Source: a virus
Taxonomy: Duplodnaviria > Caudoviricetes
Direction: 5' to 3' (one strand)
Virus record (IMG/VR): IMGVR_UViG_3300046808_000165
Span: 1-52,956 of that record
Length of the DNA stretch: 52,956 bases
Shown here piece by piece: positions 46,693 through 52,956 of this stretch. Position 1 is the first letter of the stretch; each line of letters opens with the position of its first letter. The position numbers were made by a program, and so were the translations under genes. The notes beneath the pieces were generated by a model. That model had not been told where the DNA came from and did not search any database. It was given only the letters and a program-made list of their open reading frames with translations.

Positions 46693-49406
46693 GTTATATT
46701 GACGCAATTCACGATAATAATGGTGACCGCATTTATGTGGTAGAGCGTACGCCGGAAGGCAAGCGCACGTATAAAGAGTTCCCTACAAATTATACATTTT
46801 ACTATAGTGATCCTAAGGGTAAACATCGCAGTATCTATAATGATCCTGTGAGCAGGTTCAGTACACGTAAGCGTAGTGAATTTGAAAAAGAACGAAGGAT
46901 CCACAGTGGTAAGAAACTTTTCGAAAGTGATATCAATGTAGTATTTCGCTGCCTCAGCGAAAACTATCTCGGTGTGGAGCCTCCAAAACTTCACACTGTT
47001 TTCTTTGACATTGAGGTAGACTTTGATCCTGACAAGGGTTTTAGTCCTACTAGTGATCCATTCAATCCTGTTACAGCAATTAGTCTTTACTTAGATTGGC
47101 TTGATCAACTAGTAACACTTTGCATTCCTCCCCGTCATATGTCTGACGAGACTGCGAAAGAAATTGCAAGCCAGTTTGAAAACTGTATTATCTTTGATAA
47201 TGAAACAGAAATGTTTGAGACATTCTTTCAACTTATTGAAGATGCAGATGTATTGACTGGTTGGAACTCAGAAGGATACGATATTCCATACATGGTTAAT
47301 CGTGTCACACGTGTAATGAGTAAAGATGATACACGCAAGTTCTGCTTAATGGGTCAACTTCCAAAGCCTAGAACATATGAACGTTTCGGTAAAGAAGAAA
47401 CAACGTATGATCTAGTTGGCCGTATTCACATGGACTATTTGCAGTTGTACAAGAAGTACAACTATGAAAGTCGTCACAGTTATAAACTAGACTTCATTGG
47501 TGAAATGGAAGTCGGTGAGAACAAAACACAGTATGAAGGCACACTTGATCAATTGTATAACAAGGACTGGCTCAAGTTCTTAGAATACAATCGTCAGGAT
47601 ACAATGTTGTTGGTTAAGATCCACAACAAACTAAAATTCCTTGATCTAGCAAATGCGCTAGCACATGAGAATACAGTGTTGTTACCCACTGTCATGGGTT
47701 CTGTTGCTATGATTGAAATGGCAATTATGAACGAAGCACATGAAAGAGGTTTAGTAGTTCCCGACAAGAAAAGGAAGAATGAAAATGCAGATGAAGTCCA
47801 GCAAGCGGCAGGTGCCTATGTTGCTACTCCCAAAAGGGGCATCCACGAATGGGTCGGAGCAGTTGACATTAACTCACTGTACCCATCAGCAATCCGCGCT
47901 CTTAACATGGCACCGGAAACCATCATTGCTCAAGTCAGACAAACACTCACTGACCAGTACATGCTTGATAAGGGACTTAAACTAGCACGTGAGAAGAAGC
48001 GTCACAAAGAAGGTGATGATGCTGTAACAGGCAGTATTCTATGGGAAGGCTTGTTTGGCTCACTTGAGTATACTGCAATCATGAGCCAAGAACGTGGCAC
48101 AATTCTTACTGTTGATTATGAAGATGGTCGCAGTGTAGAAATGAGTGCCGCAGAGATTTGGAAGATGGTCTTTGATAGTCATAGACCTTGGATGATCAGT
48201 GCGAACGGTACAATCTTTACATATGAGAAAGAGGGTGTGATTCCCGGACTGCTTACACGTTGGTATACAGAACGTAAATCAATTCAAAAGCAGGCTAAGG
48301 AAGCATACGGTACTGATATGTATGAGTATTATGACAAGCGACAACTTGTTCGTAAGATTTTGCTTAACTCAGCATATGGTGCATTGTTGAACGAGCATTG
48401 TCGTTTCTATGATAAGCGTATCGGTCAGAGTGTAACATTAAGTGGTCGTCAGATTGTTAAGCATATGATGAGTACTATCAACGAAACTGTTGAAGGTATC
48501 TATTCACATGAAGGCAATGCAATCGTATATGGTGATACTGACAGTTGTTACTTCACTGCATATACGACACTAAAGCCACAGATTGATAAGGGTGAACTTG
48601 ATTGGAATAAAGAAGTTTGCATTGGACTATATGATGGCATTGCTGATACTGCGAATGAGAGTTTCCCAGCATTCATGGAAAAAGCATTTCATGCTCCTCG
48701 CAAGAACGGTGCAATCATTAAGGCTGGTCGAGAACTAATCGGTGATCGTGCTATCTTTATCACTAAAAAGCGTTATGCTATCAATATCTTTGATAAAGAA
48801 GGCAAGCGTAAAGATACTGATGGCAAGTTGGGTGATATCAAGGCTATGGGTCTTGATCTTAAGAGAGCAGATACTCCTAAGTATGTTCAAGAATTCTTAA
48901 TGAATGTATTGAGCATGGTTATTCAACAAGGTAAAGGTCGTGATGAGATCATCGAAGCAGTTAAGAATTTCAAGATTGAATTAGGAAAGCAAGACAGTTG
49001 GACTAAGGGTAGCCCTAAGAGTGCCAACAAGATGACTTACTATGAAGAACTTGAAAAGAAAAGCACAACAGGCAAGGCTAATATGCCAGGTCACGTTCGT
49101 GCATCATTGAATTGGAACTACTTGCGCCGTGTAAACAGCGACAATTATTCAATGAAGATGGTCGATGGTATGAAAGTAATCGTGTGCAAACTAAAGGCAA
49201 ATCCATTAGGGTTTACTAGTATTGCATATCCAACTGATGAGTTAAGATTGCCCGAATGGTTCAAAGAACTTCCATTTGATGACAGTGAAATGGAACGCAC
49301 TCTAGTAGATGAAAAAATTGAAAACCTATTGGGTGTGTTAGATTGGGACTTACGTGCAAACACTGACACTAATTCAACGTTTGATGACTTATTCAGTTTC
49401 GGTTAA
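46689..49406 (+). CDS. gp43: Family B DNA polymerase
   Basis: Exo FDIEV, GWNSEGYD, YNRQD; Pol DINSLYPS, KILLNSAYG, YGDTDS, KKRY. Confidence 0.97.
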   Translation: MSYIDAIHDNNGDRIYVVERTPEGKRTYKEFPTNYTFYYSDPKGKHRSIYNDPVSRFSTRKRSEFEKERRIHSGKKLFESDINVVFRCLSENYLGVEPPKLHTVFFDIEVDFDPDKGFSPTSDPFNPVTAISLYLDWLDQLVTLCIPPRHMSDETAKEIASQFENCIIFDNETEMFETFFQLIEDADVLTGWNSEGYDIPYMVNRVTRVMSKDDTRKFCLMGQLPKPRTYERFGKEETTYDLVGRIHMDYLQLYKKYNYESRHSYKLDFIGEMEVGENKTQYEGTLDQLYNKDWLKFLEYNRQDTMLLVKIHNKLKFLDLANALAHENTVLLPTVMGSVAMIEMAIMNEAHERGLVVPDKKRKNENADEVQQAAGAYVATPKRGIHEWVGAVDINSLYPSAIRALNMAPETIIAQVRQTLTDQYMLDKGLKLAREKKRHKEGDDAVTGSILWEGLFGSLEYTAIMSQERGTILTVDYEDGRSVEMSAAEIWKMVFDSHRPWMISANGTIFTYEKEGVIPGLLTRWYTERKSIQKQAKEAYGTDMYEYYDKRQLVRKILLNSAYGALLNEHCRFYDKRIGQSVTLSGRQIVKHMMSTINETVEGIYSHEGNAIVYGDTDSCYFTAYTTLKPQIDKGELDWNKEVCIGLYDGIADTANESFPAFMEKAFHAPRKNGAIIKAGRELIGDRAIFITKKRYAINIFDKEGKRKDTDGKLGDIKAMGLDLKRADTPKYVQEFLMNVLSMVIQQGKGRDEIIEAVKNFKIELGKQDSWTKGSPKSANKMTYYEELEKKSTTGKANMPGHVRASLNWNYLRRVNSDNYSMKMVDGMKVIVCKLKANPLGFTSIAYPTDELRLPEWFKELPFDDSEMERTLVDEKIENLLGVLDWDLRANTDTNSTFDDLFSFG

Positions 49407-49414
49407 ACAAGTCA

Positions 49415-49443
49415 TTGACAAACGTAATAAAAACCACTATTAT
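49415..49443 (+). promoter_or_regulatory. Sigma70-type promoter, followed by late motif CCTAAATA (49458-49465)
   Basis: TTGACA-17 nt-TATTAT. Confidence 0.7.
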
Positions 49444-49486
49444 ACATACTGTAATTGCCTAAATATTATTAACAAAGGAAACACAC

Positions 49487-50218
49487 ATGAAAGATAATTT
49501 ACAAGACTTAATTCAGCACACACATGGTCTAGGTGTGATTGATCTAATCAAGGTCGTAGGTACCGATCAAGAAACTCAAATCGCGGCAATCGCAGAAGAT
49601 AAGAGTGTTATTGTCACTGGTACTTTCAAGACTCCATTAGCAGATTTCATTGGCACATTCGGTATGCCAAATCTAGTTAAGTTAAAGACTATTCTAGGCT
49701 TTGATGACTATGATGACAAGGCAACAATCAATGTCACACGTGTCAACAAAGATGGTGTAGATACTCCAACTGCTATTCACTTTGAAACTTCAACTGGCGA
49801 TTTCGTAAACGATTATCGTCTAATGTCAAAGACAATCATTGAAGAAAAGGTGCGCAATGTTACATTCAAGGGTGCTACTTGGAACGTTGAGTTTGAGCCT
49901 ACTGTTGCTGGTATCATGCGTCTTAAGAAGCAGGCTAGTGCTAACAGCGAAGAAAACAACTTCACTACTAAGACTGACAACGGTGATCTAAAGATTTACT
50001 TTGGTGACCCCTCAACTCACAGTGGTAACTTTGTATTTCACACAGGTGTGTCAGGTACATTAAGCCGTCAATGGATGTGGCCTGTTAAGGTATTCCAGTC
50101 AATCATGGATCTTCCAGGTGACAAGACTGTTCGTATCAGTGATGCTGGTGCCGCAGAAATTGTGGTAGATTCAGGATTAGCAACATATCGTTATCTACTT
50201 CCTGCACAGGCAAAATGA
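49487..50218 (+). CDS. gp45: Sliding clamp (gp45/PCNA-like)
   Basis: 243 aa directly after PolB; C-terminal TVRISDAGAAEIVV..YRYLLP clamp-like strands. Confidence 0.65.
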   Translation: MKDNLQDLIQHTHGLGVIDLIKVVGTDQETQIAAIAEDKSVIVTGTFKTPLADFIGTFGMPNLVKLKTILGFDDYDDKATINVTRVNKDGVDTPTAIHFETSTGDFVNDYRLMSKTIIEEKVRNVTFKGATWNVEFEPTVAGIMRLKKQASANSEENNFTTKTDNGDLKIYFGDPSTHSGNFVFHTGVSGTLSRQWMWPVKVFQSIMDLPGDKTVRISDAGAAEIVVDSGLATYRYLLPAQAK

Positions 50219-50604
50219 TCAAGAGCATTACTTCAACAGGTAGATATATGCATGTCACCGGTAATCCCGGAAACACGTATGTTAATAACTACAGCGGTGC
50301 CTTAAATGTAGGTAATATCCGTTATAATACTACTAATCAAAACTTAGAAGTCTATGACGGTTCTACTTGGATTCAGATTCAATCAGGATATGCTAGTGTT
50401 GGACTAAATGCCGAAGCAGAATCATTACTTGATTGGGCCCGGCAAAAACGTGATGAAGAATTGCAAATACAAGCATTAGCAAAATCTAATGTTGCTATTA
50501 AAGATTTATTAGAGCAACGTAAAACTATTGATGATCAAATTTCAATGGTTAAGACCCTAGTCAATTCATACAGTGACGGTGACGAAGTACAGACAAGCCC
50601 GTAA
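50215..50604 (+). CDS. Hypothetical protein
   Basis: ATGA overlap; GNIRYNTT..LEVYDGSTW then a helical tail. Confidence 0.75.
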   Translation: MIKSITSTGRYMHVTGNPGNTYVNNYSGALNVGNIRYNTTNQNLEVYDGSTWIQIQSGYASVGLNAEAESLLDWARQKRDEELQIQALAKSNVAIKDLLEQRKTIDDQISMVKTLVNSYSDGDEVQTSP

Positions 50605-50605
50605 C

Positions 50606-51211
50606 ATGAAAGCAGTAATTACTAATACAGTTTATTCTAGGGACGATGTTGATTTCGTTTATATTCCTGTAACTAGGTGCGGAAGTACCTGGTTACGTCA
50701 TGTGTTCGAACATAACAACTTTAAAGAATATAATATTATTGAGAATTTAACATCTGTTAATGATATCCCTGATATCAAAGATAAAATTAAACTTATTGTA
50801 TTACGTGATCCTTTAGAAAGAATAATTTCAGGAATGTATGCTCCTGAGGATTTTGATTTAGATACTATCTATAGCAGAGAAAAAATCTTTACAAACTTCC
50901 CCACAGACATACATACTACTCCTCAAATTGAATTTTTAAAGGGTATCTCGTTAGATAACGCAATATTCATTGAATATAAAAATTCACCAAATTGGGGACC
51001 TAACTTTATTAAATTGTTAATTAAAATAGTTCCCAATTTTAAAAAGAGTCCCATCAGATGGGAGGCTCGGGTCAATGGTTCTAGCCCTAAAGAACTATTA
51101 GATATTGCAAAAAGCAATAATGTGATATACAATAATATGATGGATTATCTAAAGGAAGATCAATTGTTTTTTGAACAAGTTAACTGGCATAAATGGTATG
51201 GAACAAATTAA
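50606..51211 (+). CDS. Sulfotransferase-like protein
   Basis: YIPVTRCGSTW (5'-PSB-like), LRDPLERIISG (3'-PB-like), HTTPQ. Confidence 0.65.
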   Translation: MKAVITNTVYSRDDVDFVYIPVTRCGSTWLRHVFEHNNFKEYNIIENLTSVNDIPDIKDKIKLIVLRDPLERIISGMYAPEDFDLDTIYSREKIFTNFPTDIHTTPQIEFLKGISLDNAIFIEYKNSPNWGPNFIKLLIKIVPNFKKSPIRWEARVNGSSPKELLDIAKSNNVIYNNMMDYLKEDQLFFEQVNWHKWYGTN

Positions 51212-52748
51212 TTTATCTAACTCACACAATCCTGATTGGGCATTATTTTTGCCCGCAGTAAGTTCATTCTTCATTGCTGGTTTAGGCAAGCAACGTGAAG
51301 GTGAGAACTACTTTGATGCCGCACGTATCCCTGCAGGATTTAACGGTGACGTTGAATGTTTGAACTTCCTTAATAGCAAGCAAGGCTTATACACTTATAA
51401 GTGGGGCTTGTATTCTGCTGGTCATGCGAATCTTGATATTACTAAGGATGACCATAATGAATCTATTATCCGCAAAAGAGAAGAAGGCACATTCCTTCTA
51501 GGAGACTCAGGTGGGTTTCAGATTCTTAAGTGTCAATGGCCGGCAGATTGGAAGGACCCTAACTGTCCTCGTGCAATGAAGAAAAGGACAGAAGTTCTTA
51601 AGTGGATGGATGAGTACATGGATTATGGCATGTGTCTTGATATTCCTTCACAGAGTTTGACAACTTATCACATCAAGGATAAAAAGACCGGAACTTCTGC
51701 ACATGGCATTAGCACGATTGAAGAAGCAATTACTGCTACACATATCAATAATGAATACTTCATTAAGAACCGCGATGGTCGTTGCAAGTTCTTAAACGTA
51801 TTACAAGGTCGTAATCACACGCAAAGTGATGACTGGTATAATGAAATGAAGAAGTATTGCGACACTAATATCTATGGTGATCGTGCATTCAATGGTTGGG
51901 CATTTGGTGGTCAAAACAAGATTGACATTCACTTAATGCTTAAGCGTCTTGTGCATATTATTCATGACGGGTTTTTAGAAGAAGGTAAACAAGACCTTAT
52001 TCACTGTCTCGGTACTAGCATTATGGAATACGCAGTATTGTTTACTGATATTCAAAAGGCTATTCGTAAGTATCACAATCCAAAACTACAAATCACGTTT
52101 GATTGTGCAAGCCCATTCTTTGCGGCTGCTAAGGGTCTTGCGTATAATAACAATACATTTGAACATGATACTAAGTGGTCTTATTCAATGGAAAAGACTG
52201 CTGAAAATAAAAAGTATGCTACAGACAATCGTAAGTATAGTGATGGTGTATTGCAAGACGGCATTCACAAATTATTCACAGATAGTCCTGTAACTGATAA
52301 ATTAGTAATGAAAGATATCTGCTATCGTGGTCATGGTTTCTTAGGTCAACACGGTAAAGAAACAAAAACAAGTTGGGATACTCTTTCATATACACTATTA
52401 CAAGCACATAATGTCTATCAGCATATGATTGCAGTTCAAGAAGCCAATCGTAGATATGAACAAGGTATCAAACCTAAAATGGTTATGGATCCTTTAGGCA
52501 ATCTTAATTTCAGTGATATCGTTGATGAGATTTTCTCACTCAAGGATCGTGAAAAGAGTTTGGCTATGATTGATCAGTATGACAAGTTTTGGCAACAACT
52601 AAAGGCTGGTCAAGGCTTTAGTGGTAAGAAAACTGTCAATGCACACACAATGTTTGATCAACTATTCAGTGTTGAGGATAACAACGACCCTGAGGTTGAT
52701 GAAGTCATCGAAGATAGTGATGATATTATGGCAGAAATTGTCGATTAA
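51198..52748 (+). CDS. tRNA-guanine transglycosylase-like protein (TGT/DpdA-like)
   Basis: LGDSGGFQ, MCLDIP, NVLQG, GWAFGG, HCLG, TFDCASP. Confidence 0.8.
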   Translation: MEQINLSNSHNPDWALFLPAVSSFFIAGLGKQREGENYFDAARIPAGFNGDVECLNFLNSKQGLYTYKWGLYSAGHANLDITKDDHNESIIRKREEGTFLLGDSGGFQILKCQWPADWKDPNCPRAMKKRTEVLKWMDEYMDYGMCLDIPSQSLTTYHIKDKKTGTSAHGISTIEEAITATHINNEYFIKNRDGRCKFLNVLQGRNHTQSDDWYNEMKKYCDTNIYGDRAFNGWAFGGQNKIDIHLMLKRLVHIIHDGFLEEGKQDLIHCLGTSIMEYAVLFTDIQKAIRKYHNPKLQITFDCASPFFAAAKGLAYNNNTFEHDTKWSYSMEKTAENKKYATDNRKYSDGVLQDGIHKLFTDSPVTDKLVMKDICYRGHGFLGQHGKETKTSWDTLSYTLLQAHNVYQHMIAVQEANRRYEQGIKPKMVMDPLGNLNFSDIVDEIFSLKDREKSLAMIDQYDKFWQQLKAGQGFSGKKTVNAHTMFDQLFSVEDNNDPEVDEVIEDSDDIMAEIVD

Positions 52749-52761
52749 TTATCCATAATAG

Positions 52762-52790
52762 TTGCATCCAACGATAAATTTTAATATACT
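52762..52790 (+). promoter_or_regulatory. Sigma70-type promoter
   Basis: TTGCAT-17 nt-TATACT. Confidence 0.55.
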
Positions 52791-52822
52791 ACTTACATAT
52801 TCAGTTGCTTTAAGGATTCAAA

Positions 52823-52956
52823 ATGTATTCCAGTCAAATTAAAACACTAGAAAATAAGTTCAATGAAATTTCTTCTATGCTAGATGAAATGCGAAAGAAT
52901 GGCGAAGAATCTGGCGAGAAGGTTGATAGTCTTAACAAAAAGCGCATGAGTGTCTT
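52823..52956 (+). CDS. Hypothetical protein (3'-truncated)
   Basis: AAGGA RBS, MYSSQIKTLENKFNEISS..., open to window end. Confidence 0.7.
   Translation, partial: MYSSQIKTLENKFNEISSMLDEMRKNGEESGEKVDSLNKKRMSV

Noticed and set aside
46689-49406. Intein or intron in DNA polymerase
   Set aside because: Continuous 905-aa ORF, normal length, no splicing motifs seen
1-52956. Stop-codon reassignment as in some jumbo phages
   Set aside because: Genes are full length and tightly packed in code 11; the short DnaE ORF ends in TAA followed by an unrelated gene with its own RBS

Overview
A 53-kb segment of a large, AT-rich, T4-related (myovirus, probably jumbo) phage genome read in the standard code; almost all genes are on the + strand and only phoH is on the - strand. 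In order: tail sheath (5'-truncated), tail tube, a tube-fold baseplate protein, gp4-like head completion nuclease, charged head-type proteins, a repeat-rich fibre, GH19 lysin and Ig-like virion proteins; a host-like stress/proteostasis block (DnaE N-fragment, GroES, BI-1/YccA, clamp loader, PhoH, holin-like, DnaJ, ClpA); a late array of modular proteins; a secreted Asn-rich cassette plus porin; and a replication block (DsbA-like, PolB, clamp, TGT/DpdA-like). T4-like late promoters (nnTAAATA, often GATAAATA), sigma70 promoters and intrinsic terminators are visible. The strongest candidate for an undescribed system is at about 32.5-44.6 kb: unrelated enzymes and small domains share an N-terminal leader (MRA[ST/N]EFI[IVT]E) resembling the T4 capsid-targeting sequence, and several look like polyproteins with Glu-terminated joints, suggesting a packaged and injected cargo array. 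A compact structured intergenic RNA candidate (39153-39232) is also notable. All family assignments come from motif recognition by eye; no searches were run.
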